A stretch of DNA of 63,620 nt, the filler included, from Asterionella formosa (taxonomy: Eukaryota): assembly GCA_002256025.1 (NCBI GenBank). It is 18 parts of 18 records of this genome, joined end to end, with 100 filler letters (N's around TTAATTAATTAA, not from the genome) between each part and the next. Parts side by side here need not be neighbours in the genome. Positions count along the whole stretch, not along the records: positions 1 to 1,279 come from NKIB01003252.1; positions 1,380 to 22,121 come from NKIB01003253.1; 16 more parts are not named here. One strand, 5' to 3'. Below, piece after piece: positions 1 to 12,684 of the stretch. Positions within the stretch are counted from its first letter, which is position 1. Each line of letters begins with the position of its first letter. The notes beneath the pieces are model-generated. The model was given only the letters and a program-made list of their open reading frames with translations, had not been told where the DNA came from and searched no databases. A program made the translations under genes and the position numbers.

Positions 1-216
1 GTTCTAAAGTCACTATCGCCCTGGACGGTGCCTTTGTCCGTGGCACCCTTGATGTGGATTCTGATTTTGATTGGCTTTTTATTCGGCGCAACTCCGCTGG
101 CCAAATTATTCACCAACACAGCCTTGTTGACCTCCCTTACACCTGGCGGCAACGCCTTCACGAAGAAACCCTCCTGACTGGGTGGAACACTCTTCCCTCC
201 CCGGGCCCTCCCACTA
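1..216 (+). mobile_element. Probable Ty1/copia pol fragment (integrase-RT linker region), cut by the CATCTAAGACGC element
   Basis: Open frame SKVTIALDGAFVRGTLDVDSDFDWLF...DLPYTWRQRLHEETLLTGW resembles the linker of diatom copia polyproteins (from memory); composition changes abruptly at 217. Confidence 0.45.
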
Positions 217-760
217 CATCTAAGACGCCGTTTACGGCACTTTTTCGAATTTATGTGTAAAGTGACGTATTTATGCTACTTTTTTAAAATATTATGTTAC
301 TTTTCTAAAATATTATGTTACTTTTTTGAAATATTATGCTACTTTTTCCCTAATTTATTCGGGTTAAACAAAAATTTATTTCACTTATCGAATAATTATG
401 TGATCACACCAATAATTATGTGTGTTCGTGACAATATATGTTGACCAACTAGCCATCGCAACAGTTTAAAAGCGAAATTATGCTGCTCTGCCGCAATATT
501 ATGCTGCTTTCACCATATAATGAACGAAAGAGTCGCCAATTCCGATACACTTATTATTTTTTCCGCTCCGACATATCACTTTGATCTGAACTGGCAAAGA
601 AAAACACATGCAAGAGGAAGATTCACACTGTAGAATTCAGCACACGTAGTAGTAGTAGTTGATGTTGTAGACACATAATTAAGTCATTGTTGATTGTAGA
701 GATTACAATAGCCTGCCAGATTGGAAATAAAGCACTGTTGGTCCTCGTTGAGCATCGTTT
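217..760 (+). mobile_element. Unclassified dispersed element, family A terminus (CATCTAAGACGCCGTTTACGGCAC) with ~21-bp subterminal tandem repeats
   Basis: Reverse-complement copies at 59593-60050 and ~61050-61376 share the same end; TTTTCTAAAATATTATGTTAC-like unit is repeated at ~270-345 and its copy number differs between copies. Confidence 0.75.
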
Positions 761-766
761 AGCATT

Positions 767-1279
767 GCATGTCGCCGTAGCTAGTGAGTCAAAATTGAGA
801 TGCGCCGCAATGGCCTTCTCCGTTTCGGAGCAGCTACAAATAGTCTGCAGCAATAAGTCGAGCAAGTACAATATAGAAAAAGAAGGAAAGGATGCTGAGT
901 AGCTCACAATAAGGAATTGAATCCGTTATTTCGTTAAGAAACAGCTGTTGCATATTTCAACCTTGGATGTCGCCGTAGTGAGTCAAAATTGAGATGTGCC
1001 GCAATGGCCTTCTCCGTTTCGGAGCAGCTACAAATAGTCTACAGCGATAACTCTAGCAAGTACAATATAGAAAAAGAAGGAAAGGATGCTGAGTAGCTGA
1101 CAATAAGGAATTGAATCCGTTATTTCGTTCAGAAACAGCTGTTGCATATTTTAACCTTGCATGTCGCCGTAGTGAGTCAAAATTGAGATGTGCCGCAATG
1201 GCCTTCTCCGTTTCGGAGCAGCTACAAATAGTCTACAGCAATAAGTCGAGCAAGTACAATATAGAAATAGAAGGAAAGG
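767..1279 (+). repeat. Tandem repeat, ~194-bp monomer, ~2.6 copies running into the contig end
   Basis: GTCGCCGTAG..TGAGTCAAAATTGAGATG recurs at 771, 969 and 1163 with near-identical sequence between. Confidence 0.92.
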
Positions 1280-1379
1280 NNNNNNNNNNNNNNNNNNNNN
1301 NNNNNNNNNNNNNNNNNNNNNNNTTAATTAATTAANNNNNNNNNNNNNNNNNNNNNNNNNNNNNNNNNNNNNNNNNNNN
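1280..1379. other. Artificial contig linker (first of 17; others start at 22122, 23500, 24878, 26256, 27634, 29012, 30390, 31768, 33146, 53984, 55362, 56739, 58116, 59493, 60869, 62245)
   Basis: Identical 44N-TTAATTAATTAA-44N block with stops in all six frames; flanking contigs have near-identical sizes (1276-1279 or ~20740 nt). Confidence 0.98.
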
Positions 1380-2142
1380 ACCACAACCGGTATTGTCGCC
1401 AAGAATAGCTTTGTGCACTGTCCTGGAGTAGTAGTAAACTACTAGTGCTAGCTTCCACTACGGGTTTAACTGGGAGTTTAATTTTTTACGACTACGTTCC
1501 CGGTATATAAATATGTTTTTATGCATCCGATACGTATGTATGTGCCATCTTTTGCACACATGGATTTATGACAGACAGTATACTGCTACAAGTAACAGTA
1601 AAGAACTAATGTGACCCACTAAGAATATTTGGAACCAATGTGACCCAATGAACAGGAGAAAAACACGGTTTGACCCCACCAAATACCAATATGTAAATTT
1701 TAAAATCTCGACCCAAATACGTGTTTGATTAGTCTGACGAAGCATTATCTTTTTAACCCTACCTCGAGCTAGGGGTTCAAATGCAGCAACCTTAAGGATA
1801 TGCCATTATTTTAAGTTTATAGCAATTTGTCTCTCCTCAAATATGGGTTGAAAAGTGCAATCGGCGAAAATATTACCAGAACACGGATTAGCCCATGTTT
1901 TCAGGTTTCATTGTTTTATGATATACGCAAGTATATACAAATATATCGCATGCAATTCATTTTGCGAATGATTCTTGTCATAAACCTATCCCTATCCCCT
2001 GACATTGCTAAAGTAACTTGAGAATGCATAATCGGGCACACCAAGGTCGACCCACATACCATCAGCCTCCATACAACAATGCAAAGAAAGTGTGTACCAC
2101 CTAAAAACTGAGAGTCATACAAACTTTCAGTTTTGTACTGAT

Positions 2143-2850
2143 TCCGTTTTGTCGACTTCAGCATGACAATCTCGCCAATCAACCCGTGAACAAACACATT
2201 CTACTGGTACTTGTTCTCGTTGAAATTTTCAATTCTCACATGATACTACGGGCACATCTACTATTGAGATTCAGCATAGAAGGAGATACGAAAATGTGCG
2301 TAACAGACTACTGTCCACATAGCTATAGTCATAGAATGATGCTGATTACAGTTTCATTTTCATATCGCTCGTTTCTGCATTTGGCATACTGTACTTGTAT
2401 TTACTATTGAACTTGTCCGCATCTTTGATACCATCAAGAGAGCGAAAGCAAGTGGCTCTTTCCATTGTTGTTTGCTCGTAGGAAAAATTTGATATCCGTA
2501 TCGTCACTTGCTTGTTGGAACTGTCCGTTGCCTCAAACCTGCTTGGCATGTGCGTACACACACTGTCAACTTGTTTTCATTGGTATGTTGTTCTTGTATT
2601 CACTGTTGAACTTGTCCGCATCTTTGTTACCATCAATAGAGCGACAAGTGGGTCTCTTCACTGTTGTTTGCTCCTGGAAAAGTCGGTGTCCATGTCATCC
2701 TCATCAATAGAGGGACAAGTTTCCTTCATCATTGCGGTTTGCCGCTGGAAAATTTGGTACCCGTGGTATTGTCATTCACTCGTTGGAACCACTGTCCGTT
2801 GCCTCAAACCTGATTAGTGTGTGTGAATGTGCACTGTCGACTTGTGTACA
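2143..2850 (+). repeat. Dispersed repeat family R1 with degenerate internal repeats
   Basis: 2143-2526 matches 31384-31767 (same strand) and 32810-33145 (reverse). Confidence 0.85.
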
Positions 2851-3624
2851 TTACAGGAGTGACTTAGCTACTAAAATGCGTGTTATAATATCATACTCCA
2901 TAGTACAATGCAGAATACAGTTGCTTCCCAATCATCTCATCATGATTGATAAGATGATAATGTGATATCACGATAGGGTTACATCGATGCATACATCACC
3001 AAAGTATGATACGTAATATTGAATAAAGTATATCACATAGTTATGACGCATTGATCATAGAACTGTGATGATTTCTTAAAATGTTTATGATATAATTTTG
3101 ATCAAAATATGATTATGTTAAAATAATACAATGATAATAAAATACGATAAAATATGTACGCAAGCGTTATCAAGACATCAAAAAAAAATAATCAATCATA
3201 AAGTATGTTAATTAATATATATATATTCGTCTTTTAATGTATACAGCAAAAGCCAACTGTTAATATGATAGTATTATATGGTGGATAGGATCTAAGTATA
3301 TGGATGCGTTGATATGTACATCACTATAATATGATTTGTGACATGGACTGATTCATATCACATAACGGTATCCTCAACAACCAGCCATCACATTCATGGT
3401 CGTGTCGTTTTTCCTTGTTATAGCTATATACCGGTACATGCCGGCATATGTATTGTGTAAACACTACGCTGGCGGAACATGCATATTACACTGTGCTCTG
3501 TTCAACAATTACTACACTCGGTTAACATCACACCAGTTGCATCTCCACAAGCGCCGCAATAAGCTCCGCGTTTCCCTTCCACTGTTTTACATCATAGCCT
3601 TCTGGTCCTTTGACAACTTTCCAA

Positions 3625-5820
3625 ATGGCATTTCACGGATTTCATAAGAGAGGATCAGTCAAACAAGAAACGAGACTCCCTTCCATTGTTTACACTACAC
3701 GACTTTATGTTTTCGAAAAAGAAGATGAAGAAAATATGAAATCAATCGAAGATTCCTTTGAATACACTCAAAGATCAAATGAATTTGAACAGATTCATAA
3801 TACTCCAGAAAAAAATAATGAAGCATGCCGATACAATAGTTGCTGAGATTGTAAAGAAGAGAAGATTGCTTTCGAAGAGCCAAGGAAACCCAAACAGTTG
3901 TTCTTCGTGGATGAAGACTCTATTCGTACAGAGTCACAGTTCCATCCAGTGTCGTATTTTACTCCTCATTCTCCTGAAATCGCTGATAGAGAAGAAGAAC
4001 TCAGTGATTCTCATTCATTTGATGAAAAAAATCATGCGATGAATGAAAATACCGGCGAAAATGTGGCAGACATCACTTCAGAAGTAGAAATGGTTAAAAG
4101 GTTGCAAAACCAAGAAATATATCTCACTATCCGTCCAGAACATCAAGATGAACATCATGAAAGCAGAGAAACTATTGTATTTCTAAAAAAACCGATATTC
4201 AAGAAAAAGTCTGAGCTAGATCAAGACCTCGAATTCAAGAAGATCAATGCAGACAGAGATGTGATGACCGCACTGGCTAAGGCAGTTGATGCTCTGAATA
4301 GGGAACGAAGTCAGAAACACAAAATTGAATCTTTTTTCAAATCATACATGGAAGAAAAAGAATTTCTTTGTAAAATCATTGAAAACAATCCAGAAGGCAG
4401 CTACTTATGTGAAGTCAGCATGTGAAATGTGTAGAGTTATTATGCCAAAGCAAACTGCATTTTCCTTGAGTTTGCCGAAATCGCATGGACAACTAAAATT
4501 GTGGAAAGAGTTGTACACTCGTACCCCACAAGATATATGCAATTACGCCTCTGTATTTTATGGAGTCAAAGGTATCAAAAAATCATCTTCAGATTTTAAA
4601 GATCTTGCATATTGGGACCTTGAAACAATTACTATTACCTTTATGATCCATTATATAATTCATGAACTTCATCCAACTGATGTAAAGGTTAGCTATATTT
4701 GATCTTGATGAGAACCCAGAAAAGGGAAATAACAATCCATATATATACCAAGGTGATTGTCATCCACTTCATCACGAAAGTAATTATGTGCTAATTGTGT
4801 ATTGCAAAAGGTCAGATGAGGAGGAAAACAATCATTTTGTGCATTATCTTTTTGCTATAAATGATGGATTATGTCAAGTCCGTGATCCAGGAAAAGATGC
4901 AAGTGTGGATGAACATTATGATCAAGTATTTCACCTTGCCCGTAAGTACTGCATCATCCCTGGATGCAGAAAAGAATTGGAATTGTTATGCACCGATACA
5001 GGATATCTTCCACAAGCATTCCATATACCTGGCCACCTGAAGAAATTGGGTTCTCGGAATCTTTCTATACTGGCACCAAAGCACGGCACCATTGCAGATC
5101 AGTATGGCCACTGAATATGCATGATTCCAGGTTGTTTTATTTCAACCAGAAGATGACAGTGGATGGTCATGTGGACTTTTTACAATTGTGAAAGTGTTAG
5201 AAACTCTATTGTGAAAGTAATGGCAAAACCAAATTTATTGGCAAACGGGCACAATTCCGTTTGAAGACGGAGTCCTGGAAAGTTTTAAAATATCAGGTGG
5301 TAGCAACAGATCGAACAGACGATTTTTTATCTGTTACATCTGACCCACCAACCAAGTCAACATATTTTCATCTTGGAACAAATTCTCGTGAGGATATGTT
5401 TCAGTTGGAAATAACTGTTCTTCAATTTTGAATCGACAAAATTTTGAGCTCCTATTTAGATTTAAAAATGTTGAACGAAGTATTTGGAGGAGTTCCTTGC
5501 AATTCATCTTTCAAAAAGGATGATGTTGTCTAAGTAAAATCCATGATACAACAAAGTAATGAAAAACTTACTCCCTTCAAATGGTATCATCATGCACCTC
5601 TTGGCCACATTTCTGGATGCATAAAAATTGACAAAAAGTTGAAAAAACATTTTTTTTAACTGATGATTGCCCTTCTGGAATCAAATTGAAAAAGTTGACA
5701 GACTCATATCGAACTGCAGTTGAAAAGTTGAGAAGCAAAATTTCGGACGAAACGAGAAGGACCATCTTAGGTTCTTTGGGAGTGAAAAAGAACAAGACAA
5801 ATAATGGACCATTGGGATAA
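3625..5820 (+). pseudogene. Disrupted ORF with a possible Ulp1/C48-like cysteine protease domain
   Basis: Consecutive frames 3610-3846, 3898-4425, 4325-4702, 4788-5114 and on to TAA 5818-5820; motifs WDLETITITFM, NNHFVHYLFAINDGLCQVRD and Q-x5-C (DQYGH*IC) occur in C48 order; TGA stops and frameshifts. Confidence 0.45.
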
Positions 5821-5922
5821 TCCAATGTCCTCATTTGTTAGGAAATTGTAGTTTGTGAAAACCTCATAATAACCAATATAGTATGTGAAACTATATTGTT
5901 ACCATTATCATTTATATTTTTC

Positions 5923-7137
5923 TTAAATGTTTATCAACGTTTGCTTGTTAGTTTTTGGTCCCACCCGATTGATTTCCATAAAATATGTGGAGGCATGGCA
6001 ACATAAAAAATTATCTTTCCGTATCTGATCCAAAACTTCTTGTGGTTTCAGAGATTTCTTTGATTCCTGTGGTTTCAAAGCAGGAACAACAAATTCAACA
6101 ACGCTCAATTCAGTTGTATCATTGCATAAGGTGTCTCCTATTGCGAAAAGCATACATTTATGAATTTTCATTTCAGTTGAAATTTTCAAGGAGCGAACAC
6201 ACGCTAAGAGAATGGTTGTTGTGTTGGAGAAAATAACATTTCCCCAAAGAAGTAGTTTTGCAGGAACTGAAGTGTGTAGGAACTTGATCCATCTCCCTTC
6301 TCCCAGTTCACTTCGACCCAGTCAAACCATTTACGACCAGAGATTCCTGCATTTGAATCATTATTCCATTTCGGATGGCATCTGAAAATAGTAGTTTGGC
6401 CGGGAACATTACTTTCAATTTTAACATGATAATAAAGTCAATCCTTACAATGGAAACAGGCCCAATCCCATCTTCAAGACTTTTAATTCTTGTTATTTCT
6501 ATCGCTGAATTCGCAATGCTCTTTACGTAGTTGGCCCCCTTCGGTAAATCAGGATGAACCAATTGAGACAAGGGTGCATCCTTTTTCCGTTATACATGCC
6601 CAATCTTATTAGGGACACCTGCTATTGTCCATAGACCATTTGATGATGAAGCAGAGAATTGAACTTTAACAGAAAGGGATGGTGAATGGATCTTGGTAGT
6701 AGGCAACATTCCCAAATTATCATGCGACCTACTAGGCAGCATCATTGTATCCGGAATCATTCCTTCGAAATCAATTTCTGTTGAAATACCCTCAGTTACA
6801 TTGAGGGTATCATGTCGTCCATCTGCATCCGGGAGTTGGTATTAATGCTGTCATCGACAGGAGCCATTTTTCATGTATCAATAACTGAAAAAGAAACGTC
6901 ATCATCACTGTCAGTATCAATTACGGGATCCTTTGTCCTAGTAGCTGATGGTGTCCCCATCAACGATGGGGTATTACCCCCAACGTCTCCCAATCGCCGA
7001 TTGGGGTGCTTTGGATAATCGCCTATTCACTTTTTCTTTGTTAACTCATTTTGGTACTTGCTTCTTTGTCCCATACCGCCAGTATTTGCCACATGTCGCT
7101 TGTTTCCATGAACCTCTTTATGGTTTCTTGAAGACAT
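5923..7137 (-). pseudogene. Disrupted ORF with a Plavaka-transposase C-terminal-like motif
   Basis: Manual translation: ATG 7137 MSSRNHKEV...; at 6400-6260 TIFRCHPKW...GRKWFDWVEVNWE, then a frameshift, then VPAKLLLWG; internal TGA stops. Confidence 0.55.
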
Positions 7138-7544
7138 TGTACTACTAGATTACTGTTGTCGTTGTCTTCCTTAAAGTCCGATGATCTTAAATTCAGGTGT
7201 TGCTACTTCTGCAAATAAAAAGTATTGTACATATAAGATCAGGGATATTGTACGATAGCTGGCACAGAATGTTTCTGTGCATGATACGCGTTTGTTATTT
7301 GTGTTACAGGTACATACTTTATATATGAATATTTGATAAGCATGTTTATACTTATAATATTTGATCATATTGTTCTAATATTGATCCATAACTAGTAGTT
7401 ACAATGAAATGAATCATCAGCCACTGCAAATAATATTTTACGCTGTCTAGATATGATGATACCATAAGACCAACAGTGCTATTTACATTATCATATACAA
7501 AATCAGAACCGAGTTTGAGTAATAGCATATCTTGTTTTCAATTA

Positions 7545-8535
7545 TACGATTATAGTACAATCCTAAAACTATGATGCTTTACTGTCCCACGGTAGTAGCA
7601 ACAGTCCTGAACATATGGTGTTCTATTGCTCGCTTACTACTCCGATTATCCCTTTTCAATTTTACAATCATACAATCCTGAAACTATGATGATTTACTGT
7701 CCCGCTGCAGTAGCAGCAGTCATGAACATACGGTGTTCTGTTGCTCGCTTACTACTCCGACTATCTTTTTTCAGTTTTACGATCATATGATCCTAAAACC
7801 ATGATGATTTACTGTCCCACTGCAGTAGGAAAAGTCCTGAACATATGGTGTTCTGTTGCTTGCTTACTACTCCGACTACCCCCAGTATATCACTTCCTAC
7901 CTGCTATTGGTACTCTGTGTATATATATGATATAATGTTATTGTCATATGATGTACCAGTACACATGAAGAACTCCCGCCCAAAAAAGGGGCTTAAACAA
8001 TTTGCTACCAAAATCCTTGCGGTTATGACTTACTCCAATTGAATGGTCTAAATAATTAGTTTCAACGGGCGGACGTAGAAAATATCGATGCAAAAAAATT
8101 TCAGAAACAATACCGGTACACGTAGTCATGGAAAACAATGGACATATAGTGCATTGAATATTTTCGAATTATGTATATGCAAATATGATCATCTCAACAA
8201 TATCAGATGTTCCATATCGAGAGTGCCTTTGAATTTTATAAATGTACAACACTTGATATTTATATATATTTACAAATTTTATAACTATATACATGGCAAA
8301 TATATTTGAAATTGTTCTGTCATGTTTACAAACAATGCCTGCTAATTGAAAAGACACGTCGTAGTAAAGAACATGACAAGAAAAGAAAGTTTACGCAATA
8401 CATAATGAAAAACATTGTTGCTACGACACATTGCGCATTCGAAGGATGGAGTATGTTTAAGGTAATGAAGCCATCAATGTGGTACTTGGATGAAAATCGT
8501 TGGGAGGCAGGACAACAACAAATTGTAAAACTAAA
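7545..8535 (+). repeat. Dispersed repeat family R2 with ~116-bp internal tandem units
   Basis: ATGATG.TTTACTGTCCC recurs at ~7570, 7685 and 7800; the block matches 55797-56738, where the units are ~92 bp. Confidence 0.85.
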
Positions 8536-9570
8536 CTCACATTTCCTTTTTTATCAATTGATTCAACAGCTCTTTTCGCTTGTTGGGGAGCACCAATGTA
8601 AAACAAAACAAAATTGGTAAATGCTCTAATCGTTGGACCTATTCACTTCTGATGGAACATAAGTGATGAACACGCCATGTTTACCTTCTCTCAAAGTTTA
8701 GCTAACAAAAATGAATCGGTAAGTTTTATTCGATAAGCAACATTGGAAATCTGAAACTTTTTTTTTCAAGAATTTCCTTACAACTTACTATTACAGACTT
8801 ATGCACCATTTGCTTTGATTTGTGGTAAGTGAAGGAAACAAGAGGATACAATGGAATGGCGTGTTGTTGTGTCAGCGTAACATTTCTAGCTAACATGTCA
8901 TTCCTTCTCATTGTTACTGTAACTGCATGCATAGGACAATAAAAACAATCAAACAACGGAATAGTCGGCAAGTTCAGAATGACACTTACAGTAGGGAAAG
9001 GGACGCAGCATTAGTAAGGCACTGCTTTGCACAAGATTCAGAACAGAGGAAGAAAAGGGCGAGACAGGAATATACATTGAGATGAGTGGATAGGTGAGAA
9101 ACATTCCTCGGGTAGCTGTCAAAACAGAAATATCATTGTTAACTTTGTTAATAAAATACGATCTATTCCAATCCTTTTTGAACAATGCTTGTGATTAGAA
9201 TTATGATCATGTTTAAGATAGATTTACAATTAAAAAATTCACATGATACCATAGAGTTGAGCTGATTTTAGGATGTGTTGTAGTAATGATTTACATTGGG
9301 CGATCACGAGAAGTGAAAATAATATGAGAAGGTTTATGATATTGATGAGAAATGTTTTTGATCAGTTTATATACATTGTGTGATGATTATGTTCTTATTA
9401 TCATTATATTTCATCAAGGTTGGTAAAATATTAATAAATCATCATAGTTACAAGATACCTTGATCATATTTTTGATCCATAAATTATCATATATACAAAA
9501 ATCCTGTGTCACTTAGCGTATGATACCCTTGATCCTATATGCATGATACTTTTTATTTACAGACACAGTG

Positions 9571-10790
9571 AGAGAAGATGAAGCAATGGTGAGTGGTGGA
9601 GCAGGACTGAACTGATGAAGAACAGCATGTGCACCATGATAGCCTGCTGTTTTAGCAGTTAAAGATCATAGATAATCTTTTTCGCCATGAGTGAAATACA
9701 GACCAAAACTCGCCCAAATACGATCATGTTCAGGATGATCACGCCAGGTGCATATGCTGTGAGTGTACACCCCTGTCTGTTCTAAAGCAGATAATGTCAA
9801 TCGCATGACGGTGCTATTGGATAAAGGTTCTCCGCCAGCAATTGCAACAGCACGGAGGTGTTTAACATGGATCCATAAGTTTTTTAGGGATTTCTTCGGG
9901 ATTCCATATGTCTGCAAGGCGCATATGATTCAATTCTAAATTGTTGGCCCTCAAAGTAGCATATGTTGTCTTCAAATGAGTAAGGAGGGTAAGAACAACG
10001 ACATTGGCATAGCCAAATGTTTCATCCTCAAGGACATTGTAGTATGGAGTATCAATGGCAAGAAGAATTTGTTGGCGAAGTGCCTCACAGACTTGAGTGT
10101 ATCGACGAAAAGATTCAAGGAGATTATCATACTGGCGATTTGCTGCAGTGATTTGGGATTGAGTAGCAGTTGGAAGATGATTGGGCTGGTTGCCAGGATG
10201 AGTGGGGGGAACAAAAGCTTCACTGGCACGCAAGATGTATGGCGCAGGGGCCATGACAATCCCAAGGAAACAATTTTCACCACCACCACTGGTGCAGTGG
10301 ACTGAGCGGGCATTGGCAAATATCTCTTTTTTCAACTGGGTGACGGTGAGGACCATCGGTTTTCCAACAATCGGCGTTAGAAGCGGATGAGGGAAAGAAA
10401 GATCTGATGAAGCCAAGAGAGCCGCCATTCGGATGGAGGAGTCAGCGGTTGAAAGGTGCTGGAGAGGATGCAGCAGGAAAACCGGCGATTGTTAGGAATC
10501 GGGCGTTTGATCGAATGCTTGTGTGCACTGTGGTGGCTTTGCTTGCTATGGATGAGCCAAGAGAAGAAGCCGCAACGTCGAGGGAGACGAAGGGAGGAAG
10601 AACAGAAATTGAAGCTCTGTTGAGGGGAACCTTGTCAATAACAAAGGTGAGCTACAATATTATGACTATTCTATTGCTTTCATTGGGGCATGATTGCCGG
10701 TGTACCTGGATGTACCTAATCTTGTGGTTACACTGGTCTGGTCTGCACTGCGCTCGTGCGGTGCTTTGCTTTTGTGTATGAAGGAATCAA
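9571..10790 (-). mobile_element. Ty1/copia (CoDi-like) 5' fragment: partial LTR ending TCAACA at 10618 and degraded gag
   Basis: gag motifs FPHPLLTPIVGKP, ANARSVHC..GGG, VLEDETFGYANV, LTAKTAGYHGAHA with frameshift and stop; 10618-10678 matches the LTR end at 16598-16657. Confidence 0.85.
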
Positions 10791-10993
10791 ATGCTAAGAA
10801 CATTTTGTGCCCAGTTTGGATTTTGGAATTGATTTGGTCGTGGAAAAATTATGCTAGCCTTTAAATGTTTCCAAGTCCATACAGAGAGAATTGTATATCT
10901 CTGGTACCTGGTACCTGGTACTGCTATGTTACAATAAACTGTGCATACCCCACTTTTTGTAGACTAACTGCAAATACTCCGGAAAAAAACTTC

Positions 10994-11626
10994 TGGTATC
11001 ATTATTGTATCTCTGTTTCGAATTGTCCAAAGCTTTGGCAAAGCTTTGGATGATTTGAAACGGAAATACCTCTAGCTTCATCGTGTTATTCTACGAGAGG
11101 TGCGTTGAAACATTTGGACAGATATTTGCCAAAGCTTTGGCAAAGCTTTGGCAAAGAAGCTTTGGCAAATCTTTTTTGAGACCAACTTCATCATGGCCTA
11201 TTTCACAAACAAATCACGGTTTTCGTAAAGTAGTCCACAAATATCCTTTACCGTATACTTTAACTGCAATATTACGCCTTTATAAATTGTCGTTCACGCA
11301 TTTTCCAGGTTGTGGCATTGATTCAAAATAGGAAATTCGTATGATTCATCCAAAGCTTTGGATATTTGGTACCATGTCGAAAGAACTAAAAGGACGCCTC
11401 GTTTCCGTTGGTAGCAAATCTTTATAGCTGCTGAACTCTTCTTTCAAGCTTCTTCTTTCAAGCTTTGCTAAAAATAGGAAGCTTTAGTTCAGGTTGAGTC
11501 TCAGCCTAGGTGATTTCGAAATTTTTTCGAAATGGAATTCCAAATCTTTTTAGTCAAAATATGTCCAAATCTATCACAAAGCTCTGCCAAAGCTTTGGCA
11601 TAGCTTTGGTAGCTTTCATGATACCA
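10994..11626. mobile_element. Possible MITE-like element with repeated CCAAAGCTTTGG palindromes
   Basis: 9-bp inverted ends TGGTATCAT/ATGATACCA; several CCAAAGCTTTGG motifs near both ends; no TSD seen. Confidence 0.35.
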
Positions 11627-12684
11627 ATTGGTGGTGGTGACAGTGGTGTCGGTGGTACCTGGTATTAAATTTCTGACTACAGCATGTACATACGTAGTTC
11701 CTGTACCGGTATTCACATTTGTCATCAATCATGACAAGTATACATAAAATATGTGGCATCTACACAGGAGACACAATGATCTTACCGGTCCCGGGTACCG
11801 GTACCTGGTACCTGGTACTGTACCGTTGTTACTCTACCGGTATATACGGAACAGTCAAAAATTCTTTACAGCATCATTGTAACGGTTACCGGTTTGTACC
11901 AGGTACCTGTTACCATGATAAATAGGAGTGGATAACGTCGGACACATTACCATAGTTATCTACCGGGAGACTTTGGGCCCCTTACCGGACCGGCATGTAG
12001 ACCGTATGTATGTACCAACCTGGATACCAGGTTTCCTTTCATCATCACTGTAACTGGTACCATATTTTAGTGCGTGGTTTGGCTGGTATTGAGATACGAC
12101 CGGGTAGTGTACATGTACATACTGGCACAGTATATACTATTGAGCAATACATGTCATACCTATTATTATTATCGTACATAGAGAAAGTATCTACCAACGA
12201 CAATCAATGATTTATATATATATATAAATATATGATAATTTTTGGCTTGATTTAGAAACCGTACTCATGACGATGATGACGACGAAACCAAAACGAGAAC
12301 CACAGGGGGAACGAAAGACAACACACAAGGGCATCATGGGCGGGCGGAGTGATCGTGCACCCAGCATGCTGTGCGTGAGTTGAGGACATGATGTCTTGCT
12401 TCTACGATATATCTAATATCATATTAGATCCTATAAGATCCTACTACATCTGTACGTACGTAGATGGCAACGAGTTCTTCTGGTATAAAAAAGATGAGAA
12501 TCATGGAGTACGATGATAGCTACGATAGATTTCATATGTGTGTGAATATCTTTTGTGTCTGCTGGAACACAAACAGCCATCGTGCCGCTTTCAGTTTCAG
12601 TCAAGAATTACAAATGTATATCTTTGATACCGGCGGTAGACTACCACTTTCTTCTCTTCAAAACGAACCAAAAGGAGCATCATC

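Larger units (their letters stand above)
2850..9570. mobile_element. Decayed large DNA transposon (CACTA/CMC- or Plavaka-like); right end CACTG on minus strand at 9570, left end not identified
   Basis: ATGAT/ATCAT-rich subterminal regions (2850-3360, 9180-9560); two convergent pseudogenes; ...ACACAGTG end abuts a copia gag frame in mid-sequence. Confidence 0.5.

Noticed and set aside
3610..7137. Alternative genetic code (TGA readthrough) or endogenous virus
   Set aside because: Frameshifts accompany the stops, host genes use TGA as a normal stop (49004-49006), and no viral hallmark gene is recognisable.
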